This document shows, piece after piece, positions 48,193 to 61,171 of a DNA stretch of 64,000 nt (its first letter is position 1; the number at the start of each line of letters is the position of its first letter). A model generated the notes under the pieces. The model saw nothing but the letters and a program-made list of their open reading frames with translations. It had not been told where the DNA came from and searched no databases. The position numbers and the translations under genes are program-made. Source of the stretch: Dicyema japonicum (taxonomy: Eukaryota > Animalia > Dicyemida); assembly GCA_011109175.1 (NCBI GenBank), contig RDEW01000020.1:428514-492513 (forward strand), written 5' to 3'.

Positions 48193-48298
48193 GTAGGACA
48201 CTGAATTCCCAGGCGATCACCCAGCCAAGCAACAGCTTATAGTAGCTTAACTTCCTTAGTTGGCTGATAACGGGTACTTGCGCCCAAGTATAATAGTA
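48193..48298 (-). pseudogene. Degenerate 5S rRNA-like sequence
   Basis: Minus strand has cccg...ggaagttaagc (box A-like) and cttggctgggtgatcgcctgggaa (box C-like) in the order and roughly the spacing of eukaryotic 5S rRNA, but shortened and diverged. Confidence 0.65.
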
Positions 48299-49537
48299 TA
48301 TATTTTTTTTTAAAATTGCCTAATAATAACATCATATATAATCATTTCAAAACATTCCTTAGCTAATCGTTTTAAAAGTTTTGGGATTTCAGCTGTGACT
48401 AGCTGACAAAAAGTACGTCATGCAAGACACTTTCGAAAGTCTCCGATATATATAGGTAGACAACACTCAGCTGATATTTGAAGTACATGGCTTTTTCAAT
48501 CTCGAAGTTTAAAATGAAAAACAATCTCCAAATGATTTTCCTGGACGAAAACACCATGTGATTTGATATGACGCATAAGTATTTATTATTATAAATCAGC
48601 CTTAAACGGTTATTATTAGGATGTTTAACCACTCTCCAGTTCAAGGTAGGTCATTCAAATTCCTTCTAAGGGAAAGAAAAATCGAAGGAATAGTATAGCT
48701 GTATGTGAGTTATTATCTACTGATGCTTCTCGAGTCATCATTTTTCACAGGTCTCCACTTGTCTTTCTATTGAAAAGTATGGTCTTCACTTGTCTCTCCT
48801 ATTTATGATGATTTCACATTTAATTTAATTTTCGAAGATTTATTTGATTTCTCTAATTTTTTACTTTTACCGCTTCCTGAGATCCATCATGATCAAATCA
48901 GAAATCATTACTTTGCTGAGTTCCTTGACTCTATAGCAGAACAGTTCGATTAAGTACAGACAATCAAATTGAAAATATCAGTAAAATTGAGATCAACTAC
49001 TCTATTCTACTTTTAGTTTTGAATCCACATTACTCTAATTAACTAAATAAGGAACTTATTTATGATGAAACCAAAATTAGGTGAAAAGATACGGAAACGT
49101 GCGAGGAGGATTGTAAAAAGCACTGAACAAGCTGAACACTAAGTATTCATATGCTTATGGGTAACTCGAGAGTGCTTTTAACTAACTAATAACAGAGACA
49201 TCACACACGTCTACCAAGAAACAGAAGAGATAAGAAAACATAGGTCCTTTTCACTTGAAATGAGGGGGAGCAATTGATCCTTGCCATCCAGTCACTAGAC
49301 GCCATCTGATAGGCTAATATAGAACAACGATAGAGAAGGTACAGAGAAGCATTCGTCCAAGTAATTAGTGACGAGAATTGAAGAATATTGTTAGTAACAC
49401 GGTTCCCATCTCTTTTTATTGTATTTATTCCCTGTCGTGAAAAGATTAAAATAAAGTGAACTTTAGACTTTGTATAATTAAATAAGTAAAAACAAATTTA
49501 TTTAATTAATTGTTTAAAATATTTAATACGTTACAAT

Positions 49538-50263
49538 ATGGTGTTGTGCACTATGATAGGAAGGGTGACTGATGGAATGCCTCTTTGCGCATCCACACAG
49601 GACGACAACGACGTATGTCTTCATTACTAACCCTAGAATGATTGCGACGTCATTCTCTACCAAAATAAGGCGAAACAGCTATTCAAGACGCTAGGAAATC
49701 AACAAGAGCCAAAAATGTTCTCTCTAATCTCAGGAAAGTTCATATTCCAGTAACCTACTGCTGACATTCAGCTGCCTAATAAATCACAGGGTCTGTCACA
49801 CAGTGCTTTGTCGGCCAGACTTTTCCAAGAAGAACGCCTTTGCCTATTTGACCGATATTTCCGATGAGTTTGACCGACAGTATGGGGCCTCCGTGCACGA
49901 GGCAAGAGGAATATATGCTTTCATAGAATTTGGTAGCAACTTTTTCCCACCAGTAGACATCTACCTGCAGAAGGTGAAGGCTAAGTACTGTGCGGGACGT
50001 TTAGACATGTCTAACATAAACAATGAGCTGAATGACATCGCACGTATAATGGTAGGGAACATCGAGGACATCCTGGATAGACAACAGACTCTCCAAAGTA
50101 CCTGAGTGACTAAGGTGTAGTGTTAGAGAACAGCACTCAGGACATGCGACACTATTCTAATTTGTACAGAAACGAAGCCACCAGATTGAACAAAAGCTGG
50201 CGACTTTGGATTGGATTATTTATTTTATTTATTTTGATTTTAATCTTTTATTTTTTAAGATAA
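49538..50263 (+). CDS. SEC22: Vesicle-trafficking longin R-SNARE Sec22; about 4 tiny introns
   Basis: MVLCTMIGRVTDGMPLCAS; YQNKAKQLFK; AFAYLTDISDEF; YAFIEF; INNELNDIARIMVGNIEDILDR; C-terminal TM helix WIGLFILFILILIFIFLR*. First intron 49613-49636. Confidence 0.93.
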
Positions 50264-50355
50264 TTGTTTTAATTTAATTTTTGACAAATCAGGAATTTTT
50301 AAGTAGAATTACCATCGTTGGTGTATAATAGTATAAATGGTCGTTTCAGCATAGA

Positions 50356-52605
50356 ATGAAAAAAACGTTTTCCAGACACAAATCCAAACTAATTTTGACC
50401 CCGTTTAACCTTGATGAGTGCGTCATCGACACTCCCCTGTTCAACACTCTCGTCCATGATCATGAATCTATGATTAATAATGCTGGGAAGGAAATGAAAA
50501 CTATTCGAAAAAATCTAAAAAATGTCATCAAATGCCACGAAGGTGAGTATTCTTTTCTATTGTAAGAACTCGGGTCTAAGATGGAGACTCTCTCCACATC
50601 CCTGAGGGATTATCAATACTTTCAGTTCTCCTCAATGTCTGAGGACCAGTTCAAAATAAGTATGTCGTCATCATAAACGCAGACTACTCCTTTGTTGACT
50701 ACTCGGTCATCCTTGATGGGATGGAGAAGCAGAGGAATGACCTGGTTATCCATATTAGTTAGTGTAGGTTTCCTCGCTGACTATTGACCTCAAAACCCTG
50801 GAGGATTGCCAAAAGAGCAAGTATGACATGCTTAATGTAGGGATGTGTCCTCATTTGTAGGAGAAAAAGAAGAAGTATGAAAAGGAGCTGGCGAAGACTG
50901 AAAAGCTGTCAGAGACGTTTGTCAAGTCCACAGTCCAAACTGACGAGGTATTTTGAGGTAATATACCCCCAGTTAGTGAGGAATACTCAACTACAGCAAA
51001 ATGTCCTCCATATGGCCTCAACTGACTATTTGATGGCTATAAACATTGTCCACAGCTTCAATAGACTCGGCTTCCACGAATTGGTGGACTTTATGATTAT
51101 TCCAGATGTTCTCTGTCATCTCCAAGATCAAGGCATTCTACGAAATAAGTGAGGACTTTGGGGAAAATTTAGTGGGAGAGACATTCCACGGACACCACGA
51201 CTTCCTTTTGCAAATCCAGAACTCCTTGAACCTGGCAATGGAGGAAAGCAACTTTCAGAACGAAAACAATTTGGCTTTGATGGCTGAATCCACCAAGGTT
51301 ACCCCAGTCCTCATCCTAGAATTCTCGCAAGGTCACGGAAGATGGTGTCTTCTCCGGATATTTGTACGTAGAGGAGAAACCCAACAAGAAAAAGCTCCAA
51401 TTTGCCTGTTTAAGCCGATTATAACTAATAGCGGGGGTTAAAAAGTATTTCTGCGAGTACAACAAGTCCACATGTCTTCTCAACCGCTCTGATGTCTCTG
51501 AGAATCACGTTCGAGCAAGTTATTGAGTTTAGAAGGACCAAATCCTCGTTGGGAGATGCCGACCTTGCCTTTCTAACAAATTTGCCTTCGACATTTACAC
51601 GGAATCAACGTAGAATTTGTTATTACTTGAGGTCTGACTTTACTACCTATGTGGCTCTTACTGAGGATGAGTTTGCCGCCTGGTGTAGCATTCTTGGCAT
51701 CTCCTCAGTCATCGACCAGTTACAGGTACCCACGTGGTCTCATTTTGTAGAACCAGGAATTCCCAACCGAATGTAGAGCAGATTTGTGAGGTTTAGATCT
51801 CCTCAGCGACCATTCCGTTAAATTTGTGGATGAGTGCATTCGACTGATTGAGGAATCTGAAGGGGGTTTGTGTTTTAATCACAGAAGGTCTCAACACGAT
51901 TGGAATCTACAGGATCGAGGGCTCAAAGGCTCGTAAACTCTCTCTGTTGGAATTAGGAGCAGGTATCCCCCTGTTGACTATCTCAGACCCAAAAACCTTC
52001 GATAGGTTTCTGAAGCTGTGTAGCTCAACGATTGACTGCCAACTCGACGTGACCAGTGTTCTGAAAACCTACCTGAAGTGAGTTACCACCAATAATCCTA
52101 GACTGATCAGACCCTCTCTCATTTCAGAGGCGGACTTTGCCCTTCTGAGGCGCTTTATTGGTACACTTTGTTGTAACTCAGAAAACTGCGACGACCAGGA
52201 GGAGCTGAAAATCGACTTTTTTACTCTTGTTTTGTCCAATAGCTCTCCACTACAGAGGAAACTCATGCGATCCACATTGGAACATCTTAGGAGGTTGGGG
52301 GGTTCTATATTGTAGAGTATCTCTCAACTGTGAAGTAAACATGATGTCTTTGGACAATATTGCCGTCTGTTTCGTCAATTCCTTAGTTTACATTGAGATG
52401 AACAGCCTCGAACAGTTAAGTCAGATGCCAGCCACGTTTAAAGTCATCAAATGGTGTGTCCAGCACTGTGATAAGGTACTCTGTTTATTTAGTGCAGATT
52501 TTGGCGGATCTAACCGCAGAAAGACGGAAGGAGTTACAACAGAGAGTTTATTTAACATATTTACTTTAGTTGGGGGAATTCCTTGCTAATCGTGGATTTA
52601 TGTAA
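50356..52605 (+). CDS. GRAF/oligophrenin-family BAR-PH-RhoGAP; many tiny introns
   Basis: N-terminal PFNLDECVIDTPLF (GRAF-like BAR start); PH-like RRICYY...EFAAW; GLNTIGIYRIEG (Arg finger), VTSVLKTYL and VNMMSLDNIAVCF. Stop inferred at 52603-52605. Confidence 0.85.
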
Positions 52606-53079
52606 CAGCAAGTGGGATATTTTCAATTTGTTTTATGCTAATAGTCTTTATTGTGTAGTGGTTATGGAGTGGCTGACATTAGCCATGTCCCACCGTCTTC
52701 TTAAGTTAGTGAGTAATGCTTAACTAACCAGTTGTGGTTATTGGTTTATACTTGTGACGGTGTCAGGTGACTTTGGAGCTGATTAGGGATTTTTGGATAC
52801 AATCAGCTTTGTCTCATCGTAAACCATGGTGACTGCCATGGTCGTTGTCACAGATTTAAGGTTTGACGAGCGATCGGGATCTCTATTTTAGATTTGCGTG
52901 AACTTTAATTTTGTGTAAATACAGTGGTGACACAATTATATGGGACAAAAAATTATATGGGACGGGACAAAATGTATAAATGGGACACTTTAACCAATTT
53001 ATTAACAATTGTCAATATTTGCATTTTTTGTAGTAAATTTATATAAATTATTTAACAATTTTAAATATATCGCTAATAT

Positions 53080-53510
53080 TGTTACATCAAAACTTTTGGA
53101 AACGCTGATTCTTGAACTAATCAAACCATACTTTCCTGATGCACCTTTTCAATACGGATTCAGAAAAGGACACTCCACAGAAACGCATCTTACATGCCTT
53201 ACAAATTTCATCAAGGATGGACTAAAGCGCAAACCTCATCAAAACTCTTTGTTATGCTCCATCAATATAGAAAAAATTCCCAGGAAAGATTTTGACAAGG
53301 AAGATCTTTACGTCAAAAATTCCAAACAACCTGAAAATCTGGATCGCAAATTTCTTAAATGGAAGAAGAGGAAGAGTAACTGCTGGAAAAACTAGATCAG
53401 TGACCAAGTTCCTTCCAAATGGGGTCCCTCAAGGATCTCCACTGTCACCACACCTGTTTAACCTATTCCTAATTGATATGCCATCCCTTACCAGTGACGA
53501 TACTTTGGTT
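53080..53510 (+). mobile_element. LINE RT fragment
   Basis: FQYGFRKGHSTETHL and LPNGVPQGSPLSPHLFN. Confidence 0.8.
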
Positions 53511-54950
53511 CTGACATCTGGAACTTTTTCTTTCGGGATCCAAGATCCGTCACGAGACTTGAGATTTATCTCTTCACCTTTCCTATCCAAAGAATTCATT
53601 TTCGAAAAAAAGTTTCCAGAATTTAGGATTATTACGATAGAGTCTGGAGCATTCTCTCCTCCATCTATCTTCTTCAATACATTTTGATAGTTCCATCAAT
53701 ACTCTCTTTATAGACTTGATCCTCTCTTTGAGATGGCAAGAATCTTGTGGATCCCAATATCGTCTCAATTTGCCTTCCAAATTTCTCATTTCACGAAGAA
53801 AATGACATTGCTTTCCATTCATAAATTTATTTCTATGCGGAGAAAGAAATCTCATCCTTCCATAATAATCAAGATAGTTAAAAATAACATTTCTTATTTT
53901 TACATCCAAACTATTGATATCCACATGATTTAAAATTTTCAGTTCTCGAATAATATCCAACTTCATAGAAATATAAGAATTAAAATAAGCCCAATCAATT
54001 CTGTTGATATTATATCCAAGAAATATTTTTTCTTCAAAAACGGGTCTAGTTTGCAACTCCAAAGTTTGAGGTAAGTGATCACTCTCTATATCATTTTCGA
54101 CATAGGGCAGACTGCTCAATAAAACGAGGTTTTCTTGCATAACGAAAACACCCTATCAGCAATCCGTTGTTGAAAATGATTAAGTTCTTTAAACGTATAA
54201 ACTTCTAAATTTTCTGATTCCATTATTTCCAATAAATATTTGCTGTCAGAATTAGTTTTCACACAACCATATGCAACATTTTTTGCAATGCAATCTCCAA
54301 CAAGGATTGGGTTTGCATTATTAGCAAAAAAAAATCTTTTATAATCCTTGAATAATTCCTTAATATTTTGGAGTAAATTCCACCAATTGTTCCCAACCAA
54401 TAGAAGTATACAAATCAATGCATAATAATTTGCAGACATTCTCTTCTATAATTCTCTTCTATAGAAACGCGCAATATGACCGAATAACTGACAGCGAAAG
54501 CATTGAATTTCAGGTTTATTAAACCATTCAGCTGTGACTTGTAAGAAACCAATTTTAAAACCAAGTCTAATTAAAAACTGAGCTTCTCCACGGTTTTCTA
54601 TTATTAGTTTTGCCATAGGCAATCTTTCGCCACGTTTTTTAAATCTTTTGATACTGAACTCTGAAGATATAATAGTAGCAAGGTATTCATTAAGCTCTTC
54701 AGTTCTACCCACGTTGGTAAATTTTTTAATACAATTTCCAAGGGTGGCAACTTAGTTCGTGTAAGTTTGTGCCTATTATCTCCAAAAGGCAACTTTGCAT
54801 TAAGATCCCTTTCAAATAAGCTAGCATCTTCTGGAATGTTAAAGCATAATACAAAGTCCCCCGTAAAACCTCGGGTCACTCTAGCCACAGCCGCAAAATC
54901 CAAGACAGATTATATTTGCAACCTTGATATTCAAGGGTTTTATTTGTAAC
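53510..54950 (-). mobile_element. Group B LINE 5' portion: ORF1-like zinc knuckle plus APE
   Basis: QCFRCQLFGHIAR, GDCIAKNVAYGC, ENDIESDHLPQ and WRRECSRL..NNPKFWKL. Confidence 0.8.
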
Positions 54951-55059
54951 ATTAGGCACAATTGAGACGTTTCCATAACTATTATTCGAACTTTTCAACG
55001 TTTCATAATTATTATTTGAATTTTTCATTTTCATCGACAAGGTCATTTATTAATTTTAT

Positions 55060-56580
55060 TATTTTATTTAACACCCAAGACCACGGTAAAACCAAAACTA
55101 ACTATCACGTGATCCCGATGCGCTCCGCCAAAATCCTCATTCTTTCCCGGTGCTCCTCCCTCGTACCCACACAAGCTCGTACTGGGCGGCTGACTGTATT
55201 TGCAGGGACACCTTCCTGCATGCCGGAGTTTTGTTTAATGAGGGCCTCCAGAGTAGTCGGTCCGGTTCTGTGTCTCCCACAAGACCACCGCTTTGTCATT
55301 CTGAAAGCCTTCTTTTGAACGTCCTCGATTTTCTTACTGTTCGTCCATGATAATGAAGGTTCCCACGAATCACACGCGTACGAGAAGTATGGTTCGATGT
55401 ATTGTTTGTAAATGTTCATCAAGACCGGGTGGGTACCTATCTTCCATATTCCAGATAAACATTCTAATACATTGATCCTCTTCTCGCACTTCAGAACAAT
55501 GTTTGCCACGTGTGGTGACAAACATTAGTGTGTATCCAGTGTCACTCCCAGGATCTTCTGACATTTGGTGAAGGGGATTTCAATGTTGTCCAATTTTAAC
55601 TTGACAGTCATCTTCCCCAACTTTTTATACAGTCATCCTCGTAGTCATCCTCGGGGGAAGTTTCTTCTCCCTTCGCATCATTTCGGATGACTTTCCACAC
55701 TTCTCCGGTACTACGGTTGCGATTTACATTTGTAAGAATCCGATTCCACTTTAATTTCTGGGTCTTGAACTCTTGCCTTTATTTCGTTGTTTAGAGCTCT
55801 GATCTGGAGTTTCGTTTTTAATGTGATCCAATTAGATTTTTTGAGGTGATTTCTTTCTTTGATCAATGCCGACTTCCCTCGACCATTAGAGGAGTTTAGA
55901 CGATGCTTGAGAATAGCCAATGATCTTGCTTCTAGGATTGTACAAGTGAAGTATTTGATCGCTTTTTCTAGCGATTTGAAGCTGACCAAGTAACAATTCT
56001 TCAGTCTATCATCAGAGATTGCGCGATACAATTCCCAATTAGCAGCTTTGTAGTTATAACTAGCAGGTGTTCTCCTCACTCTGACTTCTCTCATGACCTT
56101 CATCACAATTGGACTATGGTCGCTTCTTGTTTCGTAGAGGACTGACCAATCAATTTTTGATGAAAGCGACGATGAGCAGAGTGTTACATTCGGTGAGGTA
56201 AGCTGATCCGTCTCTCTGAGTGGGGTCCTTGTATTTTTCGCTGGATCGTTCAGTATCGTTAGGGAGTCCGAGTTCAATAACAATACCTTCCCTCTCGTGT
56301 CGGGCTGTTGGGTCGACAACCATAATGGGTGCTTTGCGTTTAAATCTCCACATTTGATTATCTCATCGTAGATAGCCAATCTTGATAGGTTTGGAATAAC
56401 ATAGTCCTTTGGGCAGGAGCCGGGAGGAGGCAAGTAGATATTCACGAGGCACATACTTCCTTTCGTTGTCCCAAGCGAGATTCCAATTGCCTCAGTAACC
56501 TCGTCATTTCCAACAAGTTTCCTCACTTCCGAAGTAATGTCTCTGTATTTCAGGTTCTTTTTGAATAGAGTAAGTAACAG
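55060..56580 (-). mobile_element. Internally deleted LINE (APE joined to 3' end, RT core missing)
   Basis: 271-aa ORF with NIYLPP, CGDLNAKHPLW and SDHSPI, then directly the post-RT region ending IGIT* with hairpin. Confidence 0.85.
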
Positions 56581-57599
56581 TAAGTCTTTAAGTCTCTATT
56601 GTTTTGTTGTTCAATGAATGGAGAAATTTGCATTATTTATTGGTAAAAATCCTCGGTGCTTTAAGCAATATGATCTTAAAGCAAACAATATTAAATATAT
56701 TGCAAATATGGTTAACGAAAGACATTTTTTATATATTAATTAACTGAATAATAATTTTATTAAAGAACATCGACACATTCATTTGTTAATTGACAATTTT
56801 AGCGGTCATAATATTGAAGAGCCAAGTAAAATTTAATTTCATTCCTCCAAATACCAGTTCAGTAATTCAACCTTTAGATATGGGAATTATTAAATAATCA
56901 AAAGTAAATACAAAGCTCAACTTTAACAGAATTTAATTAATCTTTGGGAATGTGAAGAAGTTAAATTTAAATCTATAAAATTGATAGTATATTTTGGATT
57001 AAAGAAGCCGTAAAGTTAATTTCTAAAGACACTGTTATTAATTGTTGGAAAAAAGCTGGTTTGTATTATGAAGAAGCAAATCCTGACAATATGGTGTTAG
57101 AAAATATTGAATTCAATGAACCTTTAGAAAATGAATCTGAAAATGTGAATGAATCAATAATTTTCAATTCTGAAATAATTTTTGAAGAAAGAATTGACCA
57201 AAATGATGAACCGTTTTCATATGAAGATTTAAAAGAAATAAGAGTTAGACTTGGATCTTTTAAAAATTTGGTGCATGAATACGATAGTGATCTATGTGTT
57301 TATTTGATGAGGTTTGAATTCAAATTAAATAAAGTTTCAATTAATAAAAGAAAAAGTGATATTAGATTATATTTGAAATAAATTTGTTGATTAAAAAAAA
57401 TTAAAATATTATATGGGACGATTTTTTAAAAATACCCCTTTTTTGTCCCATATAAACGTGTCAACACTGTATTTTGTAAATAGTTGAATACGATCGCTCC
57501 ATTTCACCAGATGTGGTCTGGCATTCTGTTAACAATGAATAGAAATTAACCTTCCAATCGATTATGATAATTAAAATAAATTCCCGCTTTGTCTTTAAA

Positions 57600-59480
57600 A
57601 TTTTATAAAATAATCATTAAATATTTATTCTTCTTCCCTTAGAAGAAGAGTGTGCCATAAACTCCCTGTTACTCCCCATCCACATCAGATTCAGTCGAAA
57701 TATCTCCGTTAGAGTCCAGTGGGCTGTCCTCACGGCATGCCAGTTCCACAAGTTGGGAGGTAGCAGAGGCGTACTCTTCATCGTATACTTTCATCCCATG
57801 CTTATGTTCAATGAGCATACATTCGAGCGTTCTCTTCAGCACAACCGATTGGATGTAAGTCCTCGTTGATTCTTCAATAGATAATTTATCCATATGATTC
57901 TTGAAGCATCCTGAGACAACTCTATCCCATGTCAAAACCACTGGAATAATCTTCACTTGGCATTCATAGAGCAGCGAAAGTTCATTTGCAAGCAAGTCAT
58001 ATTTGTGAAGTTTCTCAACTTCAACTTGCTTTAGTCGGTCTTGTGAGGTAATGCCCACTTCAATTAAGGTTACTTCCTCCATTGTTTTGTCATACACAAA
58101 AATATCAGGTTTATTGTATTGGACTTAGGTTACTGTCAAAATCGACGTGTCAACTCTAATTTCGACATTTTGATTCGTCAATATTGACTGAACCGAATGT
58201 CCTTTCAATTTCCTGCTTCTTTTAATTCCATAAATTTAGCAAAGATGAAGATGGATGCACTTTACCACTTCATTATGTCTTCGGAGATAATCACTATTTA
58301 GCATTTTTCCACACTGAGTAGCCAAATGATCAACAGTTTTCTTGCTTTTTTTACAATGGTTGTATAATGACCCCAAGTGTGCATAAACAAATTCCTATCT
58401 TGGCAAAAGACAGTACAATGCTTCGCTCCGTTTGCCGTTATTTCCCTTGGATAACCATTCCGAGGAAGTATATAAGAGAGTTTGGAATTAACACATTTGG
58501 TAATATGTTTATATAAAGTTGGCATACACGTTATAGGACGTAAGTCTTTAGGAGTCTCACAATCATCCTTTTTAGGAACTAAATAGGTTATTCCAGTATA
58601 AAACCAACTTTCAGGCATAATTCGGTTAATCTCAGTGCATAAAAAGCCATGTAAAGATTCTATTTTCTTAAGAAATTATATGACCCATCGCATCAACACG
58701 CCTTCCAATCGGGGAGCCATTTAATAACATCAAAGATAAACTCATTTGTGAACTCTGGCAACATGCCTTCAATACTAGTATTTACTTTACCCACACTGTC
58801 TAAAGAAACGGGGATCTCATTTCTTTATAACAACATTTGTTCATAGAACGACATACAATCCTCATCATCTAAGCCATATATCGTTACTTTATTGCTTGCG
58901 GATAAGTTACGATAAAACCTTCTACGATTTAATTCAAAACAATAATTATCTTTGCGAAAGTCCTTCCTCAAATAATGTACAGCCATTTGCTTCTTCTTAA
59001 TTCTTACAAGGTCACATAGTAGAGCCTCAATCCTGGCAAGCTCCCCTTTTTTGGTCCTTTTGTATCCATAGGTACAAAGAACATCCATAACCTTTTGTTT
59101 TTCATACACAGGGAGAACCTGTCTGGAAAAGCGATTGACAAGTTCTAGTTCTGCCATCAGCTTTGAGAGGGTTCTAGGTAAATTCATCGCCGGTAAATTC
59201 ATCGCGAAGTAAATTCATTGCCGGTTAATTCAAGCGACCACGTGGGTTCTTGAATGAAGAGGTCGAAATTTTGATTTTTATCTAGAAACCCGCCCACGTG
59301 GTTCCTTGATTTAACTGGGATGAATTTACCTCGCGATGAATTTACCGGCGAAGAACTTACCAGCGATGAATTCACCAACGAAGAATTTACCGGCGATGAA
59401 TTTACCGGTTACCCTTTGAGAGTCAATGGTTGAAACTTTTTACAATTTTAGTCAATGGTTGAAATTAATATTCCCACGCT
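57600..59480 (-). mobile_element. Second degenerate R4/Dong-like RLE retrotransposon, internally deleted
   Basis: FELNRRRFYR, DLRPITCMPTLYK, QDRNLF, RRHNEVV, KPDIFVYDK..IEVGIT and KLHKYDLLANEL. Confidence 0.88.
59170..59413. mobile_element. Foldback/Mutator-type MITE (244 bp)
   Basis: 9-bp TSD CTTTGAGAG (59161-69, 59414-22); both arms are built from inverted arrays of the 15-mer GGTAAATTCATCGCC. Confidence 0.9.
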
Positions 59481-59984
59481 GTTTTCAAGTTTACTGAAAT
59501 CAGCTCGAACTAATTCGTTTTAAGTGAAATGATTTCAAACATCTAACTTCTCGATTATTCAATTGAAAAATATTATGCAGATCTGAACAGCATATAATTT
59601 TCATCAGATCGGAGCAATATAAAAAATTATATATCAAATAAGCTTCAGAAAACTGAGATCTAAGTATTCTTGATTTCCCAAATAAAAATATTTCGCCAGA
59701 AATTTACTCATACCTTCGAAATTGTTGCGGAAGCCTTTGTTGAAAGGGCGATATTTTTTTTCGACGGAAATTCTTACTAAAAATCGAAACTTTAAACCTA
59801 AAAATGTTCAGGAATATTCAATTTCCTATTACAATAAATGATTTCGCTTATTTTTCCACAATGCAATTTCTTGCAAATTTTATTAATTTCTTACAATTAA
59901 AAAATTTTTTACTTCAATTTTTATTCAAAAATTGCAATTTTCTGATTGCTCTACTAATAATCATAAATATTCTTCTAGTCCGAT

Positions 59985-61171
59985 TTACACAGTTAATCTC
60001 CGATTAGAGACTAAATAATGAAAAAACTTAGATAAATCAGCAAAAAAGTGAGAATTATGGGCAATAGTCCTGTCCAGGTCAGTCTGTGTGGTAGAACAGT
60101 AATCCAGGAACCCAGAAGTAATTAATGCGGACCACAAAAGTCTCAGATGAGAGGGGAGAAGAGTAGACACGTGGACAATAATAGATTTGTGTGACTTTAG
60201 AATGTTCCACTACATTAATAGAGTACTAGAACCTGAAGACCGAGGATTGTGGCATATTCGAAAGGGGTATTGGAGACTAAGGTGAAAGGGGACGACTCCG
60301 AAAAACTGTTTGGCTCGTTGGTTTCCCGGGAGACGATCTGGTTAAGCCAAAAGTCGACAAAGAGGTCAACGTCCTTTTTTCCATGAATAATAATTGGGTA
60401 GTTGTTAGTAGAGAGTTCACTAGGAAGTTAAATGTAGGTACTTTTTGTCGATTCTGATGGGACAGTCGTCGGGACTCACCCCCAGATAGTTCAGCCACAG
60501 AGAAGCCGACTTCAGGTGGTCATCCCCATCCTCTATCAAGTCATCATCTGAGTTTCCTTCGATTCTTAGCATTAGAGTGTTCGGTACTCTTCGACAGTGG
60601 AACTGTTCTTGTCATCATTTGCATTCACAAAGTTGATAGAGCCGAGTCTTAGCCTTTCTCTGAGTCTCTCGCTGGAAGAACTCACAAAAGCGTGGACCGG
60701 ACTCCCATAAAAGAGGATCGAGAAGCCGGTGGGCATTATAATGTAGAAGTAGGACTGATTGTCAGACTGGGAGATGGAATTGTAGGCTGATTTAAGGGAG
60801 GACTTTAGCTCCTTCATGACCGTGGACATTTGTTGAACGGTGTAGGGGACTGGGGGATCGGACAAGCAGTTGAAAGCAGGGGATATGTAGAAGTATTTGG
60901 AAGAGAGTTCCGTAGTGAATAAATTACGTACTTCCGCGAATTTAACGTCGGAGGTGAATTCGAAGAACAGTTTGGATCTAATTGCAAAATTATACTCCGA
61001 AATGAATATATTTGATGGATGATTTGGTTTGCTTTCTTTTGGGGGAGAAAACTGAAGGACTCTTTTTGACGGAAGAGGTGCCTTGGGAGAAGACCTCTGT
61101 TTTGACTTGTAGGAATCCCGTTTCACTTTGACTTTCCGTTGAATCATTTTCCAGGAGGGAGAATAATCCAT
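59985..61171 (-). CDS. DONSON: DONSON (downstream neighbor of SON)-like replication protein; tiny introns
   Basis: SLKSAYNSI...SYFYIIMPTGFSILF...HAFVSSSSERLRERLRLGSINF and PFTLVSNTPFEYAT resemble the conserved DONSON blocks (YFYVC..FTVLF, SPTTRGLR, PPTLLSP.AF.GAT). ATG at 61171. Confidence 0.75.

Larger units (their letters stand above)
52922..57469 (+). mobile_element. Tigger/pogo transposon shell filled with three LINE fragments
   Basis: TIRs CAGTGGTGACACAATTATATGGGACAAAA / CAGTGTTGACACGTTTATATGGGACAAAA with TA flanks; transposase remnant at 56600-57381 (LIDNFSGH, IQPLDMGII, INCWKKAG). Confidence 0.88.

Noticed and set aside
48399-49440. Possible spliced minus-strand gene divergent from SEC22
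   Set aside because: The composition is gene-like, but I could not build a consistent exon chain or recognise a domain.
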